A stretch of 64,000 bases of DNA from contig JAFRIE010000013.1 in NCBI GenBank assembly GCA_017432885.1, positions 17,956 through 81,955 of the forward strand, in the 5' to 3' direction. Numbering within the stretch: position 1 is the first letter of the stretch; the number at the start of each line of letters is the position of its first letter. Both the position numbers and the translations under genes were made by a program. Source of the DNA: Erysipelotrichaceae bacterium. Its GTDB lineage: Bacteria > Bacillota_I > Bacilli_A > Erysipelotrichales > Erysipelotrichaceae. Below are positions 52,278-62,890 of the stretch, piece by piece. The notes beneath the pieces are model-generated. The model ran no database searches. It was not told the DNA's origin and worked only from the letters and a program-made list of their open reading frames with translations.

Positions 52278-52964
52278 ATGATCACACAAATCTATTCCAT
52301 TCAAACCGTAGAAGAGGCACTCGACTGCATCGAAGCAGGTGCGGACTACATCGGTCTGGCCATCGATACGGGAGCGGGACTGCCCAACCAGGTATCGATA
52401 GATCAGGCAAAAAGAATCTTTGATGCGATCGGAAACAAGGCAAAAAAGGTCCTGATCTGCGTTACTGACAGTGATGAACCGATCTATGAACCACTTGTCT
52501 ATCTGAAACCGGATGTGATCCACCTCTGTGGTTATGATTTCCGGGCTACAAAGGAATTTGTCCGGAAAGTGAAAGAACTTGTACCGGGCATTGAAGTCCT
52601 GCAGGCGATCGGCGTAGAAGACGAATCATCCATTGAAGAAGCAATCTACTACTCCTCTTTTTGCGATACCCTGATCCTTGATTCTGTCGATCGGAATATC
52701 AACGGGATTGGTGCTGCCGGCTTTACCAACGACTGGGACATCGATGCGAAGATCGTAGAACTGGCAAAATGTAAGGTCATCCTGGCGGGAGGACTGTCAC
52801 CCGATAACGTCGAAGAAGCGATTCAGAAAGTCAGACCCTGGGGTGTGGATTCCTTCACTAAGACCAGCGATATCCTGCCGGACGGCAGCAGCCGCAAGAA
52901 TCAGGAAAAAGTCAGGGCATTCGTGCAGAATGCGAGAAAGGCTTTCACGGAAATCAATGACTAA
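52278..52964 (+). CDS. Phosphoribosylanthranilate isomerase (TrpF)-like TIM-barrel protein, orphan
   Basis: ADYIGL, GAAGFTNDWD and ILAGGLSPDNVEEAI...WGVD resemble PRAI motifs. No other trp genes in the window. Confidence 0.6.
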   Translation: MITQIYSIQTVEEALDCIEAGADYIGLAIDTGAGLPNQVSIDQAKRIFDAIGNKAKKVLICVTDSDEPIYEPLVYLKPDVIHLCGYDFRATKEFVRKVKELVPGIEVLQAIGVEDESSIEEAIYYSSFCDTLILDSVDRNINGIGAAGFTNDWDIDAKIVELAKCKVILAGGLSPDNVEEAIQKVRPWGVDSFTKTSDILPDGSSRKNQEKVRAFVQNARKAFTEIND

Positions 52965-53880
52965 GGTTCTTTGTCTAGGCGACAGCTGTGCCGATATCAT
53001 GATTCCGTATGGAGATCTTCTGAAAGGGAAAGATGTTTCCGTTTCTTTTTCCTGCGGAGGAGCCTGCGCCAATTCCGCTGCAGCCTTGGGCAGGTTGGGA
53101 GTAAACGTATCGTTTGCAGGAAAAGCCGGAAAAGACCTTTACGGTCTGACGATGAAAAAAGAGCTGGAAGAATGCGGCGTTGACACGGAATACTTCAGAA
53201 TCGACGACAGCCTGGTCTCCACCCAGATCCTGGTCGTACTCAACGAAAACAGCGAGCGTTATCCTTTCCTGATGCCCAAGGACAATCCGTCCTATCTGCA
53301 GATCTTTCCGGAAGAGCTGGATAAGATCGATCTTTCCGATACGGAATATATCCTGACCAACGGGATGATGCTGTTTCAGCAGCCTGCCGCAGGAAACATC
53401 TGTGCATTCCTGGATAGAGCACACCGTAAAGGAATCAGAATACTGCTGGATATCAACTACCGGATCGAGACCATTCATCAGGATAATGCCTGTCTGTTGG
53501 AAGCCGTTCAATTGAGCGATTACCTGTTGGGTTCTATCGAAGACGACTTTCTTCCTTTGACAGGAGGAAAGAACATTGAAGAAGCGATAAGAAAGCTCAC
53601 TGCACCGGACAAGGTCATCGTCGCCCGAAACAGCGAAGGCTCAACCGTATATACATCTGCAGAAGAATACTTCTGTCCCCGCTATGAAGTCGATGTATGC
53701 GATACATTAGGCGCAGGAGATGCCTTCAATGCCGGCTTCATCTATGGACTGACGAAGGGAAATAACCTGGAAACCTGCAACCGCTATGGATGCGCATCGG
53801 CGGCGATCTGCGTCTCCGGAAAGGGAGCCAGACATACACCTGATGAAGAAGAACTGCTTCGCTTCATCTTAAACCATTAA
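52957..53880 (+). CDS. PfkB-family carbohydrate kinase
   Basis: Start trimmed to MTKVLCLGDSCAD (8-nt overlap ATGACTAA with the upstream gene). GGACANSAAALG and the C-terminal TLGAGDAFNAGF motif. Confidence 0.8.
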   Translation: MTKVLCLGDSCADIMIPYGDLLKGKDVSVSFSCGGACANSAAALGRLGVNVSFAGKAGKDLYGLTMKKELEECGVDTEYFRIDDSLVSTQILVVLNENSERYPFLMPKDNPSYLQIFPEELDKIDLSDTEYILTNGMMLFQQPAAGNICAFLDRAHRKGIRILLDINYRIETIHQDNACLLEAVQLSDYLLGSIEDDFLPLTGGKNIEEAIRKLTAPDKVIVARNSEGSTVYTSAEEYFCPRYEVDVCDTLGAGDAFNAGFIYGLTKGNNLETCNRYGCASAAICVSGKGARHTPDEEELLRFILNH

Positions 53881-53881
53881 C

Positions 53882-53910
53882 AAAAAAAGAAGGATCATAT
53901 CCTTCTTTTT
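53882..53910. terminator. Bidirectional terminator
   Basis: GAAGGAU-CAU-AUCCUUC flanked by A7 and T5 runs. Confidence 0.65.
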
Positions 53911-53931
53911 AAATGTTCTGTTAATACGACA

Positions 53932-54573
53932 TTAAACCGCCTGTGTCTTCAGTGAGTCGGCAATGATTCCATACAGAGAATTCGCAACGGCTGTTCCATC
54001 TTTATACAGAGCTTGCGCTTCCTGTTCCATTTCTTTTACGAATGCCTGATCCTGAATTCCGCCGATGTTGATCAGCACGTTGAGATAGGCCGAATGCAGG
54101 GCTGCCTTCAATGATGCGACACCAGATCCCAGATCGCTTGCGGCATTTGTGTTGTACTTCTGAATCAGATCGGCAGCCAGTTTCAGTCCTTCATAGGAGA
54201 TCTTCATCGTCTCCAGAGGCGGATAACAGCATCCTTTCAGTCCTTCCTGTATTGTCTGTTTCCTGACTACTTTCTCTTCGTCTGTCTCTTTTGGAAGAGA
54301 GAACGCCCTGCTTACAACCATGAATGCATCCGTATCCTTGTCGATCGTAAGCTGGACCTGTTCACCCAGACGGTGTGCTTCTTTCAGGATCTTCCGATAC
54401 TTGTCGGCTTCATCCGCAAACTTCTTGTTCCGGATCGTGAGTTCGCAAACCATGGCAATCAGTCCGCAGCCGAACGAAGCCTCGACCGCAGCCGTAGATC
54501 CTCCGCCGGGTGCCGGAGAATCGCTTGCCAGTTCTTTGTAAAACCCTTCTACCGTATAATTTATCAGTTTCAT
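53932..54573 (-). CDS. Formimidoyltetrahydrofolate cyclodeaminase / cyclohydrolase family protein
   Basis: LASDSPAPGGGSTAA motif. All-helical 213-aa protein coupled to the formimidoyltransferase gene. Confidence 0.8.
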   Translation of the reverse strand: MKLINYTVEGFYKELASDSPAPGGGSTAAVEASFGCGLIAMVCELTIRNKKFADEADKYRKILKEAHRLGEQVQLTIDKDTDAFMVVSRAFSLPKETDEEKVVRKQTIQEGLKGCCYPPLETMKISYEGLKLAADLIQKYNTNAASDLGSGVASLKAALHSAYLNVLINIGGIQDQAFVKEMEQEAQALYKDGTAVANSLYGIIADSLKTQAV

Positions 54574-55484
54574 TCTTCTCCCTCCAGCAGTCTGTATTCC
54601 ATGACCTGTTCCATGCAGTCAAAATCATGCGCCTTCAGATAGAAAGCCGCACAGTCCAGCATCGCCTTGGCCGGTGTCAGACCGATGATTTCCGATTCAA
54701 TTACCTTGACCCCGTAGCTTTCCGCCAATGTCTTGATCATTTCAAACGGATAGTACAGCGGCGTCTTTTCATAGTTCACCATATTCATCGAAACCTGAAC
54801 AATGTGACGATCCTCCAGCGGGATTCCCAGAGCCTTGCAATACTTGAAACCTCCGGAGCTTCCCCTGATGGCCGCCGCAATCTTCTTGGCGATCTGCAGG
54901 TCATCCGTATCCAGGTTGACATTGAAGGCGATTAGAGGCATTCTGGCGCCGATGGCGGTAATTCCGGCAGTCTCGTGAACCTTTCTTTCGCCGAAATCCG
55001 GAGCCCATTCCGGAAGCTGCAGTTTCTCATTCATTCCTTCAAACTGTCCCTTGCGGCAGTTCGCAAGATTTCTTCTTTCTTCCCTTGTACAGGATTCTTC
55101 ATAAAGGAAGGAAGGAATCTGCAGTTCTTCCCAGATTCGCTTCGCCACTCTCTTTGACAGTTCCACGCACTCGCCGATATCCGTTCCCTTCAACGGGACA
55201 AACGGCATGACATCCGTAGCGCCCATTCTCGGATGTTCACCGGTATGCTTGCGCAGGTCTATTCTTTCAGCCGCCTTCTTGCATAAAAGGAATGCCGCTT
55301 CTTCTATCCCTTCCGGGGTTCCGATCATCGTGATGACGCTGCGATTATGGTTTCCGTCCGACTGAAAATCCAGCAGCATGCAGTCCTTGACGCTTTCTGC
55401 GACCTTGATCAGTTCTTCGCAGGTCTCGTTGTCATGTTCACGGCTGACGGAAAAATTAGGTATGAATTCAATCAGTTTCTTCAT
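54570..55484 (-). CDS. Glutamate formimidoyltransferase
   Basis: IEFIPNFSVSRE N-terminus and HPRMGATDV motif; 304 aa. Confidence 0.85.
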   Translation of the reverse strand: MKKLIEFIPNFSVSREHDNETCEELIKVAESVKDCMLLDFQSDGNHNRSVITMIGTPEGIEEAAFLLCKKAAERIDLRKHTGEHPRMGATDVMPFVPLKGTDIGECVELSKRVAKRIWEELQIPSFLYEESCTREERRNLANCRKGQFEGMNEKLQLPEWAPDFGERKVHETAGITAIGARMPLIAFNVNLDTDDLQIAKKIAAAIRGSSGGFKYCKALGIPLEDRHIVQVSMNMVNYEKTPLYYPFEMIKTLAESYGVKVIESEIIGLTPAKAMLDCAAFYLKAHDFDCMEQVMEYRLLEGEE

Positions 55485-56712
55485 TGAGATAGACTGTTTC
55501 TCCTTTCTTTATGACTCTATGCGCAAGATTGCTTCCCATCCTGTAGCACAGATAATTCAGATCCTTTGCATCCCAGATGACCAGGTCTGCCTGCTTACCC
55601 GGTTCGACGCTTCCGACCCTGTCTGCTCTGCCGATTGCCGCTGCTGCATTGATGGTCATCGCATTGAGCACTTCTTCCGGAGTCATTCTGTATTTCAGAC
55701 AGCCCAGATTCATAACCAGCTGCGGGTTCAGACACGGGCAGGATCCCGGATTGAAATCCGATCCGAAAGCGATCGCCACATCGTTATCGATCATCTTTCT
55801 TGCTTTGGCAAACTCTGCGGAAAGATAAAGACTTGTTGCCGGAAGCAGACAGGCAATGACGCCTCCCTTGGACAGTGCGTCGATCCCCTCTTGATTGCAG
55901 ACGATCAGATGTTCCGCACTGACCGCATGGATTTCTCCGGCCAGTATGGATCCGCCGATCGCATCGATCTCATCCGCATGGATCTTTGGTTTTAGTCCGT
56001 ATTCCTTTCCAGTCAGCAGTATCCTCCCGGATTCTTCCTTGGAGAATACTCCCGTCTCACAGAAGACGTCGCAGAATTCCGCCAGACCATGTTCGGCGAC
56101 ATACGGGATCACCTCTTCGCAGATCTTTTTGATGTATCCCTCGTGATCATTGACATATTCTTCCGGATAGGCATGCGCCCCCAGATACGTGGCAACCAGA
56201 TCCATCGGATGATTCCTGTCGAGTTCCCGTATCACTTCCAGCTGTTTGACTTCATCTTCCAGATTCAATCCGTAGCCGCTTTTTGCTTCACAGGTCGTCG
56301 TTCCCAGACTAAGCATCTCATCCAGGGACTTCCTGGCCTTTTCGTAAAGTTCTTCCTTTGCGGCCTTCCTGGTTTCCCTGACCGTCGAAAGAATCCCTCC
56401 TCCGGCTTTTAGGATGTCCAGATAAGCCGCTCCATTGAGTTTCATCGCCATCTCGTTTTGACGCCATCCGCCAAAGATAAGATGTGTATGGGCATCTACC
56501 AGTCCCGGCGTTACCAGTCTACCCTTCGCATCGATTACTTCATCCGCTTCAGAAAGAACGCCGTCACTGCCGTACTCTTTGATCTTTCCATCTTCACATA
56601 GAATATAGGCATTCTTGATCATCGATACATCTTTCTGATGTATTCCTTTCTTGAGCGATGAATCTGGGGATGTTGCCAGGAGGCCGATATTCTTAATCAG
56701 TAAACTCGACAT
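55468..56712 (-). CDS. hutI: Imidazolonepropionase
   Basis: PGLVDAHTHLIFGG, KIHADE and SDFNPGS motifs. Confidence 0.9.
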   Translation of the reverse strand: MSSLLIKNIGLLATSPDSSLKKGIHQKDVSMIKNAYILCEDGKIKEYGSDGVLSEADEVIDAKGRLVTPGLVDAHTHLIFGGWRQNEMAMKLNGAAYLDILKAGGGILSTVRETRKAAKEELYEKARKSLDEMLSLGTTTCEAKSGYGLNLEDEVKQLEVIRELDRNHPMDLVATYLGAHAYPEEYVNDHEGYIKKICEEVIPYVAEHGLAEFCDVFCETGVFSKEESGRILLTGKEYGLKPKIHADEIDAIGGSILAGEIHAVSAEHLIVCNQEGIDALSKGGVIACLLPATSLYLSAEFAKARKMIDNDVAIAFGSDFNPGSCPCLNPQLVMNLGCLKYRMTPEEVLNAMTINAAAAIGRADRVGSVEPGKQADLVIWDAKDLNYLCYRMGSNLAHRVIKKGETVYLNEETD

Positions 56713-58733
56713 TATTTCCTGTATTCCTTTATCGCTTTATCGATCAGTTCATCATCTGCCACATAAGGCAAAGTGATGACATCATTATCTTTGTTGTTCA
56801 GATTAAAGTCGGCAGCCGTACTTAACGCGTTCTCGTTTCTTGCCCAGGATCTTCTCGCTACGCCGACCATCGTATCCCAGGTCATTGCCATCTTAAGGAT
56901 CTCATCCACTCTCTTGCTGCCGTCCAGAACCATGCCGAAACCGCCGTTGATCGCTCTGCCGATGCCTGTTCCGCCGCCGTTATGCAAGGCAATGTAGCTC
57001 ATGCCTCTTGCCGCATTCCCGGCATAGCACTGTATCGCCATGTCGGCCATGATGTTGGAACCGTCCTTGATGTTGGATGTCTCTCTGAACGGAGCGTCCG
57101 TTCCTCCGGTATCGTGATGGTCACGTCCCAGAATGACCGGACCGATCTCGCCGTTTCTGACCATCTCATTGAACTTCAGAGCGATGTTGAGTCTGCCTGC
57201 GGCATCCTGATAGAGAATGCGGCACTGCGTTCCTACGACCAGTCTGTTCTTCTTGGCGTTCTTGACCCATACGTAGTTGTCATAGTCCTGATATCTTCTG
57301 TTATGGCTGTAAATATATTCTGCAGCAGCCTCATCCGTCTTATCCAGATCTTCCGGCTTTCTACTTAGACAGCACCATCTGAACGGACCGTAGCCGAAGT
57401 CGAACAGTCTAGGTCCCAGAATGTCTTCCACATAGGAAGGCAGAACAAACCCTTCCAGATCGTCCTTGCCGTTCTTGCAGATTGAAGTCTCTCCGGCATC
57501 ATAGACAGCTTTCAGGAAACTGTTTCCGTAATCGAAGAAATACGTCCCTTTATGAACGAATTTCTGAATCATCTCGTAATGATGTCTCAGCGATTTATTC
57601 ACCAGTTCTCTGAATCCGTCCCTGTCTTCTGCCAGCATCTTCGTTCTCTGTTCAAATGTCAGACCCTGCGGACAGTAGCCTCCGTCATATGGCACATGAC
57701 AGCTGGTCTGGTCGGACATCAGATCGACATGAACATCCTTTTCATACAGGTATTCCAGCAGATCGACGATGTTGCCGTTGTAGGCGATGGCGCAGGCCGT
57801 CTTGTCTTCCAGATGTTTTCTGGCCAAAGCCAGCGCTTCATCCAGATCTGAGGTCCTTTCCGAAACCCAGCCCTGTTCAAATCTGGTAGCGATACGGCTG
57901 GCATCGACTTCCGCAATGATGGCCGTCGCACCGGCAATCTCTGCCGCCTTTCCCTGCGCACCCGACATGCCTCCAAGTCCTGAAGAAACAAAGAGCTTTC
58001 CTTTCAGATCTCCGTTTTCAGGAACATTCAGTTTCAGCCTTCCCGCATTCAGCAGTGTATTGAACGTACCGTGAACGATTCCCTGCGGACCGATATACAT
58101 CCATCCGCCTGCCGTCATCTGACCGTAGTTGGCCACACCCAATGCCGCAGCTCGATTGAAGTTCTGCTGGTCATCGAATTCACCGATCATCAGACCGTTG
58201 GTGATGATGACCCTAGGCGCCAGTTTATGGGAATGGAAGAGTCCTAACGGATGACCGCTCATCACGACCAGCGTCTGTTCATCTGTCAGATTCTCCAGAT
58301 ACTTCTTGATCAGCCTGTACTGCATCCAGTTCTGACAGACCTGTCCCGTTTCGCCATATGTCGTAAGCTCATACGGATACAGAGCCACATCAAAGTCGAG
58401 ATTGTTGTCGATCATGACCTGAATGGCCTTGCCTTCAATGCACTTACCCTTGTATTCGTCGATCGGCCTTCCCCAGATCTTTCCGTAAGGACGGAAACGG
58501 TAGCCATAGATACGGCCTCTTTCTTCCAGTTCCTGATAGAATTCCTTCGCCATCTGTTCGTGGTATTTCGGATGAATGTAACGCAAGGCATTCTTGACCG
58601 CCAGGTGTCTGTCCGCTTCCGAAAGCTTTGATTCTCTCTTGGGTGCCCTGCGATACCCCGGCAGTATCTCGGGATATTCCGGAAGCTCCTCGTCCAGTGT
58701 AAATATCCTTGCCTTTTCTAAATCAAGATCCAT
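56712..58733 (-). CDS. hutU: Urocanate hydratase (long form)
   Basis: GLGGMSGAQ, MTAGGWMYIGPQGIV and HNGGG motifs; 673 aa. Confidence 0.9.
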   Translation of the reverse strand: MDLDLEKARIFTLDEELPEYPEILPGYRRAPKRESKLSEADRHLAVKNALRYIHPKYHEQMAKEFYQELEERGRIYGYRFRPYGKIWGRPIDEYKGKCIEGKAIQVMIDNNLDFDVALYPYELTTYGETGQVCQNWMQYRLIKKYLENLTDEQTLVVMSGHPLGLFHSHKLAPRVIITNGLMIGEFDDQQNFNRAAALGVANYGQMTAGGWMYIGPQGIVHGTFNTLLNAGRLKLNVPENGDLKGKLFVSSGLGGMSGAQGKAAEIAGATAIIAEVDASRIATRFEQGWVSERTSDLDEALALARKHLEDKTACAIAYNGNIVDLLEYLYEKDVHVDLMSDQTSCHVPYDGGYCPQGLTFEQRTKMLAEDRDGFRELVNKSLRHHYEMIQKFVHKGTYFFDYGNSFLKAVYDAGETSICKNGKDDLEGFVLPSYVEDILGPRLFDFGYGPFRWCCLSRKPEDLDKTDEAAAEYIYSHNRRYQDYDNYVWVKNAKKNRLVVGTQCRILYQDAAGRLNIALKFNEMVRNGEIGPVILGRDHHDTGGTDAPFRETSNIKDGSNIMADMAIQCYAGNAARGMSYIALHNGGGTGIGRAINGGFGMVLDGSKRVDEILKMAMTWDTMVGVARRSWARNENALSTAADFNLNNKDNDVITLPYVADDELIDKAIKEYRK

Positions 58734-58745
58734 TTCCTTCTCCTT

Positions 58746-60308
58746 CTATCTGTAATCAGAGATATACTGACGGACGATCTGCAGGAACTCCCCGCTCCTG
58801 ATCAGCTTCTCCATCTTCTCGATTTCTATTCTCATTTCCTTGTCTTCTTTTATAAATCCGATGACTTCCCTGACCCGTTCATAAACCGCATTCTGAACAA
58901 CGGAAAGGCCGTTGTTTTTCTCGTTCTTCTTTCTCAGATCGACTGCCTGGCAGGCCGTAAACAGCTCATAGCCCAGAACGGAAAAGACGTTCTGAATGAT
59001 GGAAGAACACTTCCTGGCGGCTGTCGTTCCCATGGATACGAAATCTTCCTGATTGGCGCTGCTTGGAATACTGTCGACCGATGCCGGATGAGCCAGCACT
59101 TTGTTTTCTGAAGCCATGGATGCGGCGGAATACTGTACGATCATAAAACCGCTGTTGATGCCCGGATCAGTACACAGGAAAGAATTCAGGCCGTTTGACA
59201 GTGATGCGTTCACCATTCTTTCCAGTCTCCTTTCCGAAATCGAAGCGATCTCGCTTAAGGCAATACCCAGAAAATCCATAGCTAGAGCCATCGGTTCGCC
59301 ATGAAAGTTTCCGCCCGATATCACCGTTCCATCTTCCGTAAACAGCAGCGGGTTGTCCGTTACCGCATTTAATTCGATATTGACTTTTTCTCTGACATAT
59401 TCAATCGCATCCCGGCAGGCACCATGTACCTGAGGGATACAGCGCAGCGTATAGGCATCCTGGACCCGCAGACCCTGAGATGCTTCACAGATCTCGCTTC
59501 CTTGCGTGAGCTTTAGGATGTTTTCAGCGGAATGGATCTGTCCTTTCTGCCCTCTTAACCGATGGATCCTATGATCAAAAGCATCCTTCTGACCGGTCAA
59601 TGCAGTAAAAGAGATAGAAGCGATCAGATCGGCCATGCCTATCAGTTCTTCTGCATCATAGAGATTAAGGGCAGCCAGCGAAGTCATCGCATGCGTGCCA
59701 TTGGTTAAGGCAAGACCTTCTTTGTTCACCAGGGTATCAAGTGTTTCAATTCCGGCAGCCTGCATCGCTTCCTTACCTTCCAGAATCCTGCCGCAATAAA
59801 AAGCTTTCCCTTTTCCCAACAGCAGCAAGGCGATATGACTCAACGGGGCCAGGTCTCCTGAAGCGCCCAGAGAGCCTTTCTGCGGTACTACAGGAATCAC
59901 ATCTTTGTTAAGCATGTCTATCAGGATCTCTACCGGTTTCACTCTGCAGCCGCTGTAACCCTTGGATAAAGAATTGCACAGCAGAAGCATCATCCCTCTG
60001 ATCTGTTCCTCGCTGTAGCTCTCTCCCGTCGCTACCGAATGAGAAAGAACCAGATTCGTCGAAAGTCTGTCCGACATTTCCCTGTCTACGGATACTCTGG
60101 AAAGCTCTCCAAAGCCTGTCGTAATGCCATAGGCTACATCATTGCGTTCGGCGATCTGTTCCACCAGCTTCCTGCTTTGCGTCATTTTCTCAATGGCCTG
60201 ATCGGCTATTCCGGTCCGCGCATGATATCTGGCAACCGCCACAAACTCTTCCAGACTCAGATCATGATCGCCGATTACGACCTTTTTCATTTCACATGCC
60301 TTTTCCAT
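58746..60308 (-). CDS. hutH: Histidine ammonia-lyase
   Basis: MIO-forming GSLGASGDLAPLSH motif. The start may be the ATG at 60290. Confidence 0.9.
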   Translation of the reverse strand: MEKACEMKKVVIGDHDLSLEEFVAVARYHARTGIADQAIEKMTQSRKLVEQIAERNDVAYGITTGFGELSRVSVDREMSDRLSTNLVLSHSVATGESYSEEQIRGMMLLLCNSLSKGYSGCRVKPVEILIDMLNKDVIPVVPQKGSLGASGDLAPLSHIALLLLGKGKAFYCGRILEGKEAMQAAGIETLDTLVNKEGLALTNGTHAMTSLAALNLYDAEELIGMADLIASISFTALTGQKDAFDHRIHRLRGQKGQIHSAENILKLTQGSEICEASQGLRVQDAYTLRCIPQVHGACRDAIEYVREKVNIELNAVTDNPLLFTEDGTVISGGNFHGEPMALAMDFLGIALSEIASISERRLERMVNASLSNGLNSFLCTDPGINSGFMIVQYSAASMASENKVLAHPASVDSIPSSANQEDFVSMGTTAARKCSSIIQNVFSVLGYELFTACQAVDLRKKNEKNNGLSVVQNAVYERVREVIGFIKEDKEMRIEIEKMEKLIRSGEFLQIVRQYISDYR

Positions 60309-60383
60309 TATCTACCTCTGATCATTCATATCTTCTATTTCTATTGTATATCCTGGCAGGTTTTTTCGCCTCACTTTACGGCA

Positions 60384-60416
60384 AAGAAAAAACGCATGCC
60401 TCTGAAACATGCGTTT
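60384..60416 (-). terminator. Intrinsic terminator after the C11 peptidase gene
   Basis: Minus strand AACGCAUG-UUUCAGAGG-CAUGCGUU followed by UUUUCUUU. Confidence 0.65.
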
Positions 60417-60437
60417 TCAGTAATGATAACAGCGTTT

Positions 60438-62717
60438 CTATTCCATCGGTGCCGTCCAGTAGGACTGCTGATAGATGTCTTTCAGTTCATAGCTGGAAAT
60501 CAGTGTGTAATCGGAAATGCTGACATCACCCAGATAGAGCTGATCAGTTACCGTGATCGGATCGCCCAGAATGTGGGTATCCTCGAAACTGCCGTCATAG
60601 TTGTAGTAGTCGCAGACAAAGGCGATCGTATCGGATTCCTTATCCGCTTCTTCATCTTTACCGATCTTGATCAGATTCTTCGCTACAACACCTGAACCCT
60701 CACGGTATTCAAACGTTGCACCGATCACCTTCGCAACACCGTCATTATCGATATTGACGATCAGGTTGGCGTATTCGCCGTTGAGCAGCACAGGGATCCT
60801 TCCGGTAAAGGTCACCTCATCCCCATCGATCGTCTGATACAGATAGTAGTAAGGGATGACCTGCCAGTTTTCTTTATCGATAGAAGCGGCCAGCCACATC
60901 TTGTCTTCATTTTTCAGCAGATTTCCTTCCTCATCGATCTCAAAAATACTGTCCTTACCTAGATCGATATAGCCGCTGCCGTCGTCCACCATAACATTCA
61001 GTTTCAGATCATCGATCAGTTCCCACTGATCCTTGCTGATGGCGATCTTGCCATCCTTCCAGTTAAGATCCGTAGAGAAATGGTTCTTTGCGATATATTC
61101 CGTCATGCTGCGGTCGATATTTCTGCCAAACAGCAGATCCAGCGCATCCCCGTAATAGGAAGAATAACTGTCGTTACTTGTATAAGAACCATTTAGGAAC
61201 AGATCCAGAACAGAATAGACCAGATCCGAGGAATCCTGATAGGAGTAGTAATCACTGGAACTGTATCCGCCGATCGACTGATAGGCATTATGCTGTCCGC
61301 CGGATGAAACCTGTCCTGCCGTCTGATAAGAAGCGAAGCTTCTGACGCAGTCGGCGTAATCGGCGTTCATGTTGATCTTGTTGTAGGTATTCAATACGGC
61401 ATTGACATACTTTCCGGAACGGTATGGGAAGTAAATGGATAAGCCATAGGATCCTGACATGTTTCTCGACGTGTTGTTGTATTTGATACAACTTAACAGG
61501 GCGTCTGCGAGATCTTTGGCTTCATTTGTGCCGACATTGCCGGCCAAATCAGCCAGGTCGACCAGATCGGTATAAGTCTGTGCCGCAAATTCTCTGGCTC
61601 CGCTTCTGGCGGAAGCGATCTGCCGGTAACCGTTGTTGTTGATCATATTAGTCGTAGATCTGGAGAATGCCGACAGTTTGGCAGGAAGAATGTCTTCCAC
61701 TTCTGCCAGGTCGATGACAGACAGCGTAGCACTCTGACTAGGCGTCTTGCTTCCGCAGGTTCTGACGAAACTGTCAGCTATATTTTTGCCGATTTCCAGT
61801 GTTGACATGGACGTGTTTCTTGACAAAGCGTTCAGCCAGTCGGTATAGTACCAGCCGATGCCCGGTTCGGATTCTTCCGACGCGATCAGATAGTCGGCAT
61901 GTTCCGCCAACATCAGCGCCGTTTCCGTATTTGCCATCAGACAGGCATCAAAGCCGATAAAGTCGAATGTCACATCGGCTTCTGTCAGAGCCTGGTCGAT
62001 CTTCGCCAGATCCATAGAGCCATTGTTCGGATATTTCAAGTCATAACCGTAGCCGCTGACCGAACCCCCACCATGATCCCAAAGGATCAGTTCATAACGG
62101 TCTGCTTCAAATTCATCGGCACACCATTCAATAAAACTCGTCAGCGTATCCGGATCGACCATCGATCCGGAACCGGCATTTTCTACCAGACGCAGAATTC
62201 CGTTTCCCTGGCCCTTGACCTGATAGATCTGATTGTACCTCGTGGAAATGCCCTCCGCATGCCACTTGGTCGTACCGCCGGTATAGACGATCAGATTGAT
62301 ATTGTCACTGATCGTGGCAGAGTTCATTTCCGACAGATCCGATACGCCCATGGCTGCCTGCGATTCCAGATCAGAACCGCACATGAATACCATGATCGTT
62401 ACCATATCCTTGTTGTTTCCCTGAATCTTTGTTCTCTTGGCCCGGACACCCGAAGCAACGGAACTGTTCAGTTTACCGACATTGCTGCTGAGTTTCCAGT
62501 TATTGTAGTAGCTGGAACCGTTGGCATTGTAATAGCCGGTATAAGTATCCTTGTCGCTGTTTCCGTCATTCGTACTGTTGTCTACTGCAGACGGTGCCGG
62601 ACTGACCGACGGCGTAGCCGGTTGCAGGAAAAAAGAACTGATAAAATAGAACGCTACTAAAACAAACACCAGAAACAGAAGCAGTTTAATAAAACTGAAA
62701 CCTCTTCTTTTTTTCAT
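60438..62717 (-). CDS. Clostripain-family (C11) cysteine peptidase, membrane anchored
   Basis: N-terminal TM helix. Catalytic dyad contexts LILWDHGGG and FIGFDACLMA. 759 aa. Confidence 0.75.
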   Translation of the reverse strand: MKKRRGFSFIKLLLFLVFVLVAFYFISSFFLQPATPSVSPAPSAVDNSTNDGNSDKDTYTGYYNANGSSYYNNWKLSSNVGKLNSSVASGVRAKRTKIQGNNKDMVTIMVFMCGSDLESQAAMGVSDLSEMNSATISDNINLIVYTGGTTKWHAEGISTRYNQIYQVKGQGNGILRLVENAGSGSMVDPDTLTSFIEWCADEFEADRYELILWDHGGGSVSGYGYDLKYPNNGSMDLAKIDQALTEADVTFDFIGFDACLMANTETALMLAEHADYLIASEESEPGIGWYYTDWLNALSRNTSMSTLEIGKNIADSFVRTCGSKTPSQSATLSVIDLAEVEDILPAKLSAFSRSTTNMINNNGYRQIASARSGAREFAAQTYTDLVDLADLAGNVGTNEAKDLADALLSCIKYNNTSRNMSGSYGLSIYFPYRSGKYVNAVLNTYNKINMNADYADCVRSFASYQTAGQVSSGGQHNAYQSIGGYSSSDYYSYQDSSDLVYSVLDLFLNGSYTSNDSYSSYYGDALDLLFGRNIDRSMTEYIAKNHFSTDLNWKDGKIAISKDQWELIDDLKLNVMVDDGSGYIDLGKDSIFEIDEEGNLLKNEDKMWLAASIDKENWQVIPYYYLYQTIDGDEVTFTGRIPVLLNGEYANLIVNIDNDGVAKVIGATFEYREGSGVVAKNLIKIGKDEEADKESDTIAFVCDYYNYDGSFEDTHILGDPITVTDQLYLGDVSISDYTLISSYELKDIYQQSYWTAPME

Positions 62718-62722
62718 TTCGC

Positions 62723-62890
62723 TTACCTTCCTCTGCTGTTCTTCTGTTTCCTAAAGAATTGAAACAGTCTTGATACAAAGCTGACGCCTTCTCCGACTCT
62801 ATCAAGACCCAGTCCTTGTCCCTGTCTCTTGACTTCGGCGACATTGCCTTCTACCGTATTTCTCTTTCTGCTTTTTGGTCTTTCACTCAT
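62723..62890 (-). CDS. 55-aa basic protein of unknown function
   Basis: MSERPKSRKRNTVEGNVAEVKRQGQGLGLDRVGEGVSFVSRLFQFFRKQKNSRGR. GGAGG lies 7 nt upstream of the ATG at 62888-62890. The gene overlaps the upstream stop by 8 nt and ends 5 nt before the C11 gene. Confidence 0.5.
   Translation of the reverse strand: MSERPKSRKRNTVEGNVAEVKRQGQGLGLDRVGEGVSFVSRLFQFFRKQKNSRGR

Noticed and set aside
52843-52956. A 38-codon N-terminal extension of the PfkB kinase ORF.
   Set aside because: It overlaps the 3' end of the TrpF-like gene in another frame and is Arg/Ser-rich. The MTKVLCLGD start at 52957 matches the N-termini of the PfkB family.
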